Assembly: GCA_964016885.1 (NCBI GenBank)
Contig: OZ024755.1
Span: 38,626,001 to 38,690,000 of the forward strand
From: Eledone cirrhosa
Taxonomy: Eukaryota
Length of the DNA stretch: 64,000 nucleotides
Reading direction: 5' to 3'
Under the pieces are notes generated by a model. That model had not been told where the DNA came from. It saw only the letters and a list, made by a program, of their open reading frames with translations, and did not search any database. Shown in pieces: positions 1 through 13,692 of the stretch (its first letter is position 1; each line of letters opens with the position of its first letter). A program made the translations under genes and the position numbers.

Positions 1-1760
1 ACATACACACACACATACATGTACACACACCTCCACATACACACATACATACACACACACATACACATACACACATACATATACATGTAAACACACCTCC
101 ACATACACACATACATACACACACACATACACATACACACATACATATACATGTAAACACACATACATATACACATATACACATATACATACATGTAAAC
201 ACACATAGATATACACACATACACATACATATACACACACACATATAGATACATCTAATGATTTACACATATACACACACACATACATGTAAACACACCT
301 ACACATACACATACACACACATATACATGTAAACACACATACACATACACATACACACACATATACATGTAAACACACATACACATACACACACATATAC
401 ATGTAAATACACATACACATACACATACACATATACATGTAAACACACTTAGATATATACATACACATATACATGTAAACACACATATAGATATACACAC
501 ATACACATACATGTAAACACACATAGATATACACACACACATATACATGTAAACACACATAGATATACACACATACACATATACATCTAAACACACACAT
601 AGATATACACACATACACACATACATGTAAACACACATAGATATACACATACACATATACATGTAAACACACATATAGATATACACACATACACATATAC
701 ATGTAAACACATATAGATATACACACATACACATACACATACACATACATGTAAACACACATAGATATACACACATACATACACATACACACACATATAC
801 ATGTAAACAGACATAGATATACACACATACACATACATGTAAACACACATAGATGTTTACATGTATGTGTATGTGTGTATATCTATATGTGTGTGTTTAC
901 ATGTATATGTGTATGTGTGTATATCTATGTGTGTTTATATGTATGTGTATGTGTGTATCTATATATGTGTTTACATGTATATGTGTATGTGTGTATATCT
1001 ATGTGTGTTTACGTGTATGTGTATACACACATACACGTAAACACACATAGATATACACACATACACATACATGTAAACACACATAGATATACACACATAC
1101 ACATATACATGTAAACACACATAGATACACCTAATGATTTACACATATACACACACATACACATACATGTAAACACACATAGATATACACACATACACAT
1201 ACATGTAAACACACATAGATATACACACATACACATACACGTAAACACACATAGATATACACACATACACATACATGTGAACACACAGATATACACACAT
1301 ACACATATACATGTAAACACACATAGATATACACACATACACACATACATGTAAACACACATAGATATACACATACACATACATGTAAACACACAGATAT
1401 ACACATACATGTAAACACACATAGATATACACACATACACATACATGTAAACACACATAGATATACACACATACACATACATGTAAACACACATAGATAC
1501 ACACACATACACATACATGTAAACACACATATATACACCTAATGATTTACACATATACACACACATACACATACATGTAAACACACATAGATACACCTAA
1601 TGATTTACACATATACACACACATACACATACATGTAAACACACATAGATACACCTAATGATTTACACATATACACACACATACACATACATGTAAACAC
1701 ACATAGATACACCTAATGATTTACACATAGATATACACACATATATTCACATACATGTTT
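1..1760. repeat. CA/TA-rich minisatellite (~34-bp unit, acacatacacatacatgtaaacacacatagatat-like) with an inverted block at ~853-1022
   Basis: Recurrent catgtaaacacacatagatat motif; it reads as the reverse complement between ~853 and 1022. Confidence 0.9.
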
Positions 1761-2003
1761 ACACAGACACACATCCACACACGCACACATATATATATAA
1801 ACATACACACATATACACATATAGAGACATCCACACACATACACACATATACATACACATATATACATACAGATATACATACACATAAATATACACGCAC
1901 ATACACACATACACACTAATATATATACACACTAACATATATACACACACATACACACTAATATATATACACATATACACACAAATATACACACGTATAC
2001 ACA

Positions 2004-2068
2004 CATCATCATCATCATCATCATCATCGTTTAACGTCCGTGTTCCATGCTTGCATGGGTTTGGACGG
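2004..2068 (-). mobile_element. 3' end of a SINE/LINE with a (GAT)n tail
   Basis: (cat)n followed by cgtttaacgtccgtgttccatgcttgcatgggtttggacgg; hairpin plus simple-repeat tail typical of a retroposon 3' end. Confidence 0.6.
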
Positions 2069-2502
2069 GAGTTTTCCCACTTGAGGCAAGACATATACAC
2101 ACTAATATATATACACACATATATACACACATATACACACAAATATATATACACACATATATACACACGTATACACACATATACACACTAATATATATAC
2201 ACACATATACACACTACTATATATACACACATATATACACACACATACACACTAATATATATACACACATATAAACACATATACACACATATACACACAT
2301 ATACACACACATATACACACGTATACACACATATACACATTAATATATATACACACATATATACGCACATATACACACAAATATATACACACAAACTCAC
2401 GTTAGGACGTGTGTGGAATACTATTTTGTTTTCCAAACATTTTGTAGATAGAAGAGGATTGTCGTCCCCCCCATCTATCTCTCCCCCCATACCTCATATC
2501 TC

Positions 2503-3610
2503 CTTCCCCACCCTCTCCCCTTCCCCACCGTCTCTCACACGCCACCCTCTGTCCTTCCCCACCGTCTCTCACACGCCACCCTCTCTCCTTCCCCACTGTC
2601 TCTCACACGGCACCCTCTCCCCTTCCCCACCGTCTCTCACACGCCACCCTCTCTCCTTCCCCACCGTCTCTCACACGCCACCCTCTCTCCTTCCCCACTG
2701 TCTCTCACACGGCACCCTCTCCCCTTCCCCACCGTCTCTCACACGGCACCCTCTCCCCTTCCCCACCGTCTCTCACACGCCACCCTCTCTCCTTCCCCAC
2801 CGTCTCTCACACGCCACCCTCTCTCCTTCCCCACCGTCTCTCACACGGCACCCTCTCCCCTTCCCCACCGTCTCTCACACGGCACCCTCTCCCCTTCCCC
2901 ACCGTCTCTCACACGCCACCCTCTCTCCTTCTCCACCGTCTCTCACACGCCACCCTCTCTCCTTCCCCACCGTCTCTCACACGCCACCCTCTCTCCTTCT
3001 CCACCGTCTCTCACACGCCACCCTCTCTCCTTCCCCACCGTCTCTCACACGCCACCCTCTCTCCTTCCCCATCGTCTCTCACACGCCACCCTCTCCCCTT
3101 CCCCACCGTCTCTCACACGCCACCCTCTGTCCTTCCCCACCGTCTCTCACACGCCACCCTCTCTCCTTCCCCACCGTCTCTCACACGCCACCCTCTCCCC
3201 TTCCCCACCGTCTCTCACACGCCACCCTCTCTCCTTCCCCCACCGTCTCTCACACGCCACCCTCTCTCCTTCCCCACCGTCTCTCACACGCCACCCTCTC
3301 TCCTTCCCCACCGTCTCTCACACGCCACCCTCTCTCCTTCTCCACCGTCTCTCACACGCTACCCTCTCTCCTTCCCCACCGTCTCTCACACGCCACCCTC
3401 TCTCCTTCCCCACCGTCTCTCACACGCCACCCTCTCTCCTTCCCCACCGTCTCACACACGCCACCCTCTCTCCTTCCCCACCGTCTCTCACACGCCACCC
3501 TCTCTCCTTCCCCACCGTCTCTCACACGCCACCCTCTCCCCTTCCCCACCGTCTCTCACACGCCACCCTCTCTCCTTCCCCACCGTCTCTCACACCCCAC
3601 CCTCTCCTCT
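2503..3610. repeat. 34-bp minisatellite (ccaccgtctctcacacgccaccctctctccttcc), ~32 copies
   Basis: Direct tandem repetition; explains ORF 2411..3703. Confidence 0.95.
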
Positions 3611-3687
3611 TTCCCCCCCTATCTCACACCCCACCCCTTCCCTTTCCCCACCCTCACCGCCAGCGTCACACTCACTATTTTCTATTA

Positions 3688-3870
3688 TTGGCAGAATCGG
3701 TAGAGGGTCGGACGCCATGCTTTGACGCATAGAGTTACGGCCCTTGTCATTCTGAGTTCAAATCCCGCCGAGGTTAACTTTGCCTTTCATCCTTACGGGG
3801 TCGATAAAATAAAGTACCAGTAATGCACTGGGTATTTGCTGGCCTTGTGCCTAAAGTAGAAACAATTATT
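3688..3870 (+). mobile_element. tRNA-derived SINE (family S1) with 14-bp TSD
   Basis: A box tggcagaatcgg, B box gttcaaatcc, central gcctttcatcc..ggggtcgataaaataaagtaccag, (att) tail; tattttctattatt at 3676-3689 and 3867-3880. Confidence 0.9.
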
Positions 3871-4018
3871 TTCTATTATTAATCGTCATCGTTGGTCGCC
3901 TCCCCCTCCGCCTCCTCCTCATCATCACCATCATCATCATCGTCGTCATTATCATCATCATCATCACAACCATCCTTACAACCACAAAATCACCACCACC
4001 ACCACACCACATCACCAC

Positions 4019-4990
4019 CATACACACCCCATACCACCACACAGCCACCACCACACTACACTCCACACCGCCCACTGCCATACACCCTCCACACCACACC
4101 ACCACTCCACTGCCATACACCCCCCATTACCCCCACCCACTACATCATCCCCCCACCCCCACCCCACCCCATACCACCACACAGCCACTACCACAACACT
4201 GCCATGCACACCACACTACACTCCACACCGCCCACTGCCATACACCCTCCCACACCACACCACCACCACCCCATTACCACACACCCCACGACCCCACACC
4301 CCACCATCGCCCCACACCACTACACCATACCCCCCACCCCATACCACCACACAGCCACTACCACAACACTGCCATGCACACCACACTACACTCCACCCCG
4401 CCCACTGCCATACACCCTCCCACACCACACCACCACCACCCCATTACCACACACCACACTACCCCCACACCCCACCACGACCCCACATCATTACACCATA
4501 CCCCCCACCCCATACCACCACACAGCCACTACCACAACACTGCCATGCACACCACACTACACTCCACCCCGCCCACTGCCATACACCCTCCCACACCACA
4601 CCACCACCACCCCATTACCACACACCCCACGACCCCACACCCCACCATCGCCCCACACCACTACACCATACCCCCCACCCCATACCACCACACAGCCACT
4701 ACCACAACACTGCCATGCACACCACACTACACTCCACCCCGCCCACTGCCATACACCCCCCCCCCCACCCCATTACCACACACCCCACGACCCCACACCC
4801 CACCATCGCCCCACACCACTACACCATACCCCCCACCCCATACCACCACACAGCCACTACCACAACACTGCCATGCACACCACACTACACTCCACCCCGC
4901 CCACTGCCATACACCCTCCCACACCCCACCACCACCACCCCATTACCACACACCACACTACCCCCCCCCCCACATCACTACACCATACCC
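4019..4990. repeat. ~170-bp C/A-rich minisatellite, ~5-6 copies
   Basis: ccataccaccacacagccactaccacaacactgccatgc recurs at ~4169, 4339, 4510, 4680, 4838. Confidence 0.9.
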
Positions 4991-5109
4991 ACCCCACCAC
5001 ACCACCACCCCACCGCCACCTCAGCCTATCAACAATAACTTGTACAAACAAATGAATCTTCCCAACATTACCATAACTTATTATGACGTCTGCCACAATC
5101 AATCAACAT

Positions 5110-5142
<33 letters not shown>

Positions 5143-5224
5143 CCTTACCACCACTATCACCAACACTAACACCACCACTGCTACTACTACTATCATTACC
5201 TACACCACTATTACCAACACTAAC

Positions 5225-5288
<64 letters not shown>

Positions 5289-5290
5289 AT

Positions 5291-5330
<40 letters not shown>

Positions 5331-6312
5331 ACACTACTACTACTACTACTACTACTACTACACCACTACCACTATTACCAACACTACCACACCACTACCA
5401 CTATTACCAACACTACCACACCACTACCACTATTACCAACACTACCACACCACTACCACTATTACCAACACTACCACACCACTACCACTATTACCAACAC
5501 TACCACTACCACTGCTATCAACACCACCACACCACTACCACTACTACCAACACTACCACACCACTACCACTATTACCAACACTACCACACCACTACCACT
5601 ACTACCAACACTACCACACCACTACCACTATTACCAACACTACCACACCACTACCACTATTACCAACACTACCACACCACTACCACTACTACCAACACTA
5701 CCACACCACTACCACTATTACCAACACTACCACACCACTACCACTATTACCAACACTACCACACCACTACCACTACTACCAACACTACCACACCACTACC
5801 ACTATTACCAACACTACCACACCACTACCACTACTACCAACACTACCACACCACTACCACTATTACCAACACTACCACACCACTACCACTACTACCAACA
5901 CTACCACACCACTACCACTATTACCAACACTACCACACCACTACCACTATTACCAACACTACCACACCACTACCACTACTACCAACACTACCACACCACT
6001 ACCACTATTACCAACACTACCACACCACTACCACTATTACCAACACTACCACACCACTACCACTACTACCAACACTACCACACCACTACCACTATTACCA
6101 ACACTACCACACCACTACCACTACTACCAACACTACCACACCACTACCACTATTACCAACACTACCACACCACTACCACTATTACCAACACTACCACACC
6201 ACTACCACTATTACCAACACTACCACACCACTACCACTATTACCAACACTACCACTACCACTACCACTGCTATCAACACCACCACACCACTACCACTACT
6301 ACCAACACTACC
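5110..6312. repeat. (CTA)n microsatellite grading into a 29-bp minisatellite (ccacaccactaccactattaccaacacta)
   Basis: Tandem repetition; the 29-aa periodicity in ORF 4374..6404 equals three 29-bp units. Confidence 0.95.
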
Positions 6313-6850
6313 ATCAACATCATCATCACCAACATCTCTGCCATCAAGAACATTTATACAACCGATCTTTCAAAGTGAGAACCCTTACAAATGTAACTCA
6401 GTAATGGCCACGCCTCTCAATAGTCTTCAGCTAAACTTTAACTATTCTTCAATAGTTTTTTTTGAATTTATTTTTTGAAAATAATTTAGAAACTGTTTTT
6501 TTTAAAGACTCTTTGAAATTTTTGGAATTTTTAAAGATTTAAAAAAAAATATTCCTCTAATTTGTTGCCATAGTGATGAACGAGTGCTTTAATGTAATGG
6601 AACTTTTAACCTATGTGAAATATGATTGATGTATGAATAAACTCTGATGACGTCGACTCTGAATCATCACCTGTTGGCTATGTTATGGAATTATAACATT
6701 TTAAAGTCTTGATATTTTTAATTGTAATATTATTGTCCAATGGCGGAGATTTTAGACAGAAACATATGTCACGTTGATAATACTTTGAATCTTCGGTGTT
6801 TTTGAAATTAATATTTATATATATATATGTATGTATGTATATATATATAT

Positions 6851-6948
6851 AATAATTGTTTCTACTTTAGGCACAATGCCAGCAATTATTCAAGTACATT
6901 ACTGGTACTTTATTTTATCGACCCCGTAAGGATGAAAGGCAAAGTCAA
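6851..6948 (-). mobile_element. SINE S1, 5'-truncated
   Basis: Reverse complement of the 3' half of 3688-3870. Confidence 0.85.
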
Positions 6949-7553
6949 TTTTATTTATACACTATATACAACTATAAACAGGAAAGGTCAGTAATTCATT
7001 TCTACCTTATTACCAGTAAGAGAAATAGCTCAATGTAAATACATGAGATGTTTTACAGAGCAGGAAAATAAATTACACAATAATCAAAGCTATGTTCAAA
7101 TCATTTTATTGCTGACAATCGTTTCTTCGGAGCAAGAGCCATATTTGTACATATAATTAACCTCCTATTCAACTGAACAATCATATAGATACATGGATAT
7201 TGCTTGTTTCCTTCCTGTATATGGCTAACGCATTTGCACTCTCTATACGCTTGCATATGTACTGCTAGTGTCCTCGTTTTACGAGTAACTTTCTACCTTA
7301 ATGCCTCTTTAATTATTATACTATTCCCTTGTAATCTCTGTCGCATGCATTCCACTCTGTGCCTTATATTATATATAATATATATAATATTGCCAGAAAT
7401 AATAATAAAACACACACACTGTTTAGTTCGGATTTTATATCCCAATAGTTGGCCAACGGTTAACATTTATTATTATTTCTGGCAATATTATAACAATATG
7501 ACCCTCCCCAAATATAACAATATTTGTTTCAACAAACGATTTCATATCAAAAA

Positions 7554-7667
<114 letters not shown>

Positions 7668-7992
7668 TAATAAAAACAATAATTATTTCTGAAGACAGCA
7701 TATATATGTGAAGGTATATATATTTCCTCTGATAGTTTGTAAAATATTTTTACACAGATCTATATGATATATATACCAACACACATATATATCCTAGGAA
7801 CGATCGTAAAATGATGAATTTTTTAATATAAGGGACTTGTTCTTTGTTTTTATTCATTGTTTTTATTAATTTATCTTGACTCTGTTTTCCTGGGATTTTC
7901 ATCGAAAATTTTTGAATACATCTTCTCTTTTCATGATATTTGATTACATTGAGTTCTTCATACGGATTGGACACTACCGTATATTTTTGGTA

Positions 7993-8093
<101 letters not shown>

Positions 8094-8137
8094 AAGTTAA
8101 ATAAAAGTCAAATGATCAAAATTTAGCCTCGTTTATT

Positions 8138-8192
8138 ACTGCTATATATATTTCAGTGACAGCCATCTTTGGCTGTGACCTCTTCAGGCAGT
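8138..8192 (-). ncRNA. Type I hammerhead ribozyme motif (family C), in a ~220-bp element at 8090-8310
   Basis: RC reads actgc CTGAAGA ggtcacagcc aaagat ggctgtcact GAAA tatata TA gcagt; second copy at 40576-40630. Confidence 0.8.
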
Positions 8193-9269
8193 TTGAATTA
8201 GTATGGTATAGACAAGTACATATGTTGTTTAGGTGTATGATATTGTCAATACTCTGATATGCCCAGTTCCTTGTTGGGTTGTTAATTCAATGGGGAACTG
8301 GAGTCATATCATATATATATATAAACGTTTGTATATGTATAATAAACCCAAAACAATGCAGGTATGGACATAGAATAAAGAATGAAAATGCAAAAGATAT
8401 TGTTGACAATTAGTCTTTTACCTTAGATTTATTTAAATGTCCTTAATTTTCGAGATAATATCTCTTCTTCGGAGGGAAGTAAAGCGGTTAAACCAGTGTT
8501 CTAAATAGCTTGCCAAGTCATGCATATATATATATAATTAGTATTGGTGCTCTTAAATAGCGATGTATATATGAACGTACGAATTGTATATTTAATAATA
8601 TACTGTATGTTTATTTAAAAACATTTTGAAGGCCATTCGCTATGAATTTTAAGGTAGTGACTAACGTGACAGACCAAGTCTCGGCAAAAGCAAAGGGGAG
8701 TAATCGACGGCGACCGTTTGTCACTTGTAAGTGGTTGTCAAGACTATATACCTCTTCGCTTTTGCCGAAAGCTATGGAAGATGGATTCTTCTTTAAAATA
8801 TACAATACATATATTCATAATTTCTAAATTTATGCTGGACCAGCAACCGCTCTGTATGTTAATGAGTTTAAACAGCTCATAAACATAACTGGAATTTTAT
8901 AAGAATTCATCTTCTATAGCTTTCGGCAAAGAAGCGAGATGTCTATAACACCAAAAACTACAAAGGGATCTCACTGGAAGTCACTATGGTTTCGGTTCAT
9001 TAAGGTTAATACCATTCATTCCTGTGCACATTAGGACAGTCATGCGAGCTGTTTTTGAAACTCTATATACAAGAAGTGGGAACAAAGTATCAATATAACA
9101 TGGACGGATTTGTTATTAATATAAAATATATTAATCTTATATTTATACTTCTTGTTATCATTAACTCTGCCTGTTACGGATACCGGAAGTGGTAAAGACG
9201 GAAACGTCAACTCCGATGTAAGTAACCGGATCCACATATTAACATTGACTGCTGAAACTTCTTGTGACG

Positions 9270-9880
9270 CTAGACTCCGCCAGATGCAGACTGTACATCA
9301 ACATGTGTCATCTCTCTCCACAAAGTTTGATCACCAGCAGCAGAGTTCAAAGAGGAAAGATCAAGTCCAGTCCATAAGTTGACATTGTCAAGCCATCATT
9401 TTGGCTGCCGGACTCTGCTTCTCTTACCAGCCAACCTTCCTTCCAGGAATATATAATTGTTTCTACTTTAGGCACAAGGCCAACAATTACCCAGTACATT
9501 ACTGGTACTTTATTTTTATCGACCCCGTAAGGATGAAAGGCAAAGTTAACCTCGGCGGGATTTGAACTCAGAATGGCAAGGGCCATAACTCTATGCGTCA
9601 AAGCATGACGTCCGACCCTCTACCGATACTGCCAATCCAACGTCCAGGAATATATAATACCTTTCCATCACCAGCAGCAAAGTTCCAAGAGCAAAGACCA
9701 AGTCCAGTCCATAAGTTGACATTATCAAGCCATAATTTTGGCTGCCAGACTCTGCTTCTCTTACCAGCCAACCTTCCATCCAGGCATAACCTACTCACAC
9801 CACGTGTTGATCTTTTTATGTGGCCGTTGAGTAGTCTTGACTTGGCCATTCATGTAGTTGGTCTAAGTTTGGTAAAGGAT
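9270..9880 (-). mobile_element. RTE-clade LINE 3' remnant with an internal ~135-bp tandem duplication
   Basis: Minus strand encodes GHIKRS..LDGRLAGKRSR..WLDNVNLWTGL..AAGD..LWREM, matching the RTE ORF C-terminus pattern (GKRSRGR..W.DN...WTG....A.DR..WR). Confidence 0.75.
9455..9639 (-). mobile_element. SINE S1 with 16-bp TSD
   Basis: Near-full copy; tccaggaatatataat at 9442-9457 and 9643-9658. Confidence 0.92.
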
Positions 9881-10182
9881 GACAAGGTCACTGATACAGA
9901 TACGGTTGCTGAGCCGCTTACTGAAACTAGTAAACCAATAGTAAATCAACGTTATACACCTTTTCCCGTCCCTTATCGATATGTTTTCTATTTGTGTTGT
10001 TTTCTTTTTATTTTGCTTGTAGTTCGTTGTGTTGTTTTCTGAAATAGCTATCCTAGAATAGTTATTGATGCACTGATCCTGTCTTTAATGTCATCGAAAC
10101 TATACTGATCCACAGAAGAGAGCTGATGATCAGGAATTGTTCAAGTATTTGTCTCTTCCGTGTTTTCTGATATCTGTGTTTG

Positions 10183-10234
<52 letters not shown>

Positions 10235-10239
<5 letters not shown>

Positions 10240-10503
10240 ATATTAAATAAATGGAAACTATATTTATAAAACCATATTTATTTTATTATATACATTATCG
10301 GTTGCATATTCTCTGGATAGTTAGACTATCCAGAGAATATCCAACCGATAAGGTATGATTTTCATGGGTATGTCTCTATTTATAAAGCAAACTTTGTATT
10401 TTATCTGAGGAAAGCGTACCAATGTGTCTTGGTACCCTTGAAATATATATAATAAAATAAATATGGTTTTATAAATATAGTTTCCATTTATTAATATCAT
10501 TGA
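10235..10503. mobile_element. Family A PLE-derived palindromic mini-element in (TA)n
   Basis: Inverted arms centred on ctggatagttagactatccag; left arm internally deleted; homologous to the 3' end of the PLE at 41020-45083. Confidence 0.8.
10397..10459 (+). ncRNA. Type I hammerhead ribozyme motif (family A)
   Basis: tattttat CTGAGGA aagcgtaccaa tgtgtc ttggtaccctt GAAA tatata TA ataaaata. Confidence 0.85.
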
Positions 10504-10539
10504 TATATATATATATATATATGCGTGTGTGTGTGTAGA

Positions 10540-10678
10540 TTCCAGAATTAGCCGTCGGAACGGCTTGAGCTCAGCCGTCGGGTCCCACTCGTTCCTATTA
10601 CCCACTCTACTACCGTAAGTATTGAGTACTTTGGTGCGTTATGGTCCACCTGGTTCCTTACCACATTTCCTTCGTTAT
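10540..10678 (+). mobile_element. Family E mini-element: 3' half of a hammerhead plus tail
   Basis: attagccgtc G(G/A)AA cggct tgagctc agccg TC ggg; other copies at 33333-33500 and 47191-47748. Confidence 0.65.
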
Positions 10679-10696
10679 ATATATATATATATGTAG

Positions 10697-10752
<56 letters not shown>

Positions 10753-10890
10753 GTGTAGAAATATCTGTAGGTGTGAAAAAGGAAAAAGGAAAACTGTTCA
10801 ATCGGGAAGAGAGAAGATATATTATATTCTATTATGTTCATACACGGAAGAAAACCGCTTTTGTTCCGTGTATGAACATAATATAATATG

Positions 10891-10971
<81 letters not shown>

Positions 10972-11050
10972 CCCACAATGAATTTTATACTTGAATTTTC
11001 AAATCTCAAATTTTAACTCTTCGTATTATTAATTTTTCTTAATATTAATC

Positions 11051-11098
11051 AACATTTGAAAAGATGGCTTTTGCAGACCCATCGAAACCGGTCATTTT
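11051..11098 (+). ncRNA. Hammerhead motif with U3-A8 core (family N; element 10966-11205)
   Basis: aacat TTGAAAA gatgg ..ccatc GAAA ccgg TC atttt; copies at 27965-28012 (-) and 28507-28554 (+). Confidence 0.7.
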
Positions 11099-11469
11099 TT
11101 ATACCCTTTATTCTTTCCTTACCTTATAAAATCATATGTTTTTTCACAAAAAAGTATTCTGTCTCTTATATATTCCATGTGCCATTACCAACCTCAATTT
11201 TCTCTCTCTCTCTATATATATATATACTGATATATAGATATATACATTCATGTTTGTTGGTTCACCACTGGATAGAACTGGTCATTCCGTATGGTCAACC
11301 TCGATGTAATATTAGGGAGAGCAGAGCACTCGACGTAATGCAGCTCACCCGTCTTTGTTTGTGTTGTATGTTGGTGGTGCGAGTACGGAGCTCATTATTA
11401 TAGAATAACAGGAGGCTGGACTGGTGTAATTCCTTAAAGGTTTATTATACTTGTCTCTTTGCCTTTTCA

Positions 11470-11827
11470 GCCCCATGGATTATATATATTAGAAAGTGAG
11501 GTTTTTTTTACAAAATGAAAAATAACCGAGGTGTCCTACACGAGTGAAAGTATAAAGAAAAAGAGATGAAATTGAAAATGCAACTGGAGTCTTATTTTTT
11601 AAAAAATATATATATTTATTTGGTTCCTTTATTATATTCTATTATGTTCATACACGGTTTCGCAGTTCTTCTGCTTTTCAAAAGGTGAGTGAGAAAAACC
11701 ACAGACCCTCCATCTCAACTCACCTTTTGAAAAGCAGAAGAACTGCGAAACCGGTAAAGGAACCAAATAAATATATATATTTAAAAAAAAAATAAGACTC
11801 CAGTTGCATTTTCGTTCATCTCTTTTT

Positions 11828-11832
<5 letters not shown>
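11470..11832. mobile_element. Family O palindromic mini-element; U3-A8 hammerhead at 11723-11760 (+)
   Basis: cctt TTGAAAA gcag aagaa ctgc GAAA ccgg TA aagg; inverted arms; same family as 26672-27122. Confidence 0.75.
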
Positions 11833-11869
<37 letters not shown>

Positions 11870-11934
11870 TATAGCTACAATTATACTCTTATACTCTTCT
11901 CCTGCTTGTCGAGTTTATACTTATAATTACCAGT

Positions 11935-12272
11935 ATGTTAATCAAAGACTATCTTCCTTTGTCACTGAAGAACATTCCAATCCCATCTAAGGATACCTAC
12001 GAGAACTTGATGATAAGTAGCATTAATTCATTTATTAAAAGAATAAGATGGCGTGTTTTCCATTATGAGGAAATAAACCTTTAGATTTACCTTCTATTAA
12101 TACTTATGGTCTCAAAATGTCCACCATGTAATGTCTTATTGGACCCTTTTGAGAATGATTTATTAATGCTCGTGAAGAAAGTATAGAAAACCTTATGTGA
12201 AAAACAATCAGTTCCTCAAAAAACTTAATTCCACTATTAAAGACTTTAATAAAAATAAGAATATCTTAAAAT
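11935..12272 (+). pseudogene. N-terminal fragment of a PLE ORF (same lineage as 42368-44379)
   Basis: MLIKDYLPLSLKNIPIPSKDTYENLMISSINSFIKRIRWRVF..TYGLK..KCPP..LDPFENDLL; FEND overlaps the start of ORF 43012..44379; frameshifted. Confidence 0.7.
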
Positions 12273-12273
12273 A

Positions 12274-12858
12274 AGAGAGAGAGAGAGAGAGAGGGAGAGA
12301 GGGAGAGAGGGAGGGAGGGAGGGAGAGAGGGAGAGAGAGGGAGGAGAGAGGGAGAGAGAGGGAGAGGGAGAGGGAGAGAGAGAGAGGGAGGGAGAGAGAG
12401 GGAGGGAGAGGGAGAGAGAGGGAGAGAGAGAGAGATAGAGAGGGAGAGAGATGGAGAGAGAGGGAGGGAGAGAGGGAGAGAGAGAGGGAGAGAGAGGGAG
12501 GAAGAGAGAGAGAGGGAGAGAGAGGGAGAGAGAGGGAGACAAAGAAGACAGAAAATGTAGAGAGAAACAATGAAAGAATCAACAAGATTTTGTTAGTAAT
12601 CCGGTGTAATTCTTGCGAAATTGAATAAAGATGTTTTCTGCAAACAATTGTATTTATATGTTTGTGGGGGGGGGGGTATCACCATGTGTGTGGGAGTGGG
12701 GTGGGGTTGGGGTATGTATCACTACATGTGTGTGTGGGGGAGGGGGGGGGGGGGTGTATCACCGCGTCTGTGTGGCGGGGGGTGTATCACCGTGTGTGTG
12801 TGTGGCGGGGGGATGTATCACCGTGTGTTTATGTGTGTGGGGGAGGGTATGTAATACC

Positions 12859-12893
<35 letters not shown>

Positions 12894-13223
12894 TGTATAA
12901 AGGTTTTACTATGTGTGTGTGTGTGTGTATAAAGGTTTCACCGTGTGTGTGTGTATGTGTGTGTGGGTGTATAATGGTGTCACCGTGTGTGTGTGTGTGT
13001 GTGTATGTGTGTGTGTGTGTATAATGGTGTCACCGTGTGTGTGTGTGTATGTGTGTGTGTGTATAATGGTGTCACCGTGTGTGTGTGTGTGTATGTGATA
13101 GAGATAGAGAGAGAAAGAGCAAGACAGAGAAAGAGAGAGAAAGAAGATGAGAGAGAGAGAAAGAGAGATAGAAAGAAAGAGAAAGAGAGAAAGAATGATA
13201 TAGAAAGTGAGAGAGAAAGAGAA

Positions 13224-13254
<31 letters not shown>

Positions 13255-13350
13255 AAGAGAGAGATAGAAAGTGAGAGAGAGAAAGAGAGGGATAGAAAGT
13301 GAGAGAGAGAGAGAGGAAGAGAGAGAGAAAGAGAGATATAGAGATATAGA
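12274..13350. repeat. (GA)/(GGGA) microsatellites and a GT-rich gtatcaccgtgtgt minisatellite
   Basis: Direct inspection. Confidence 0.9.
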
Positions 13351-13692
13351 GAGTGGGAATGACTTCAAGTCGGACCAGGTTTGCTCTTGCGTATTTATAC
13401 ATAAAATAAATATTTTAACCAAATAATTCTAAAGAATTTAATACAATTAAGAATATAAAATAGGAGAACGGCCATAGAAAGATGTTTGAAATAATATCAA
13501 CAACTTATGGAGGGAATAGACTCTCTAATTTCATTTGGACTTTCTGAATTTATTATGTACATACATACAAAAAGACAAACATGTACATATATATATATAC
13601 ACACATACACATATGTATATGAATATATATATACATATGGGAGTATTGAAGTTTGCTTGAAGCATTGTGGAATAATAAGATATATTTTCTTT

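Noticed and set aside
255-6404. Long ORFs (197-676 aa) rich in C/V/Y/M or H/T/P
   Set aside because: Translations of micro- and minisatellites that lack stop codons; no domain signal
6644-6670. ctgatga hammerhead core
   Set aside because: No downstream GAAA or helix I partner
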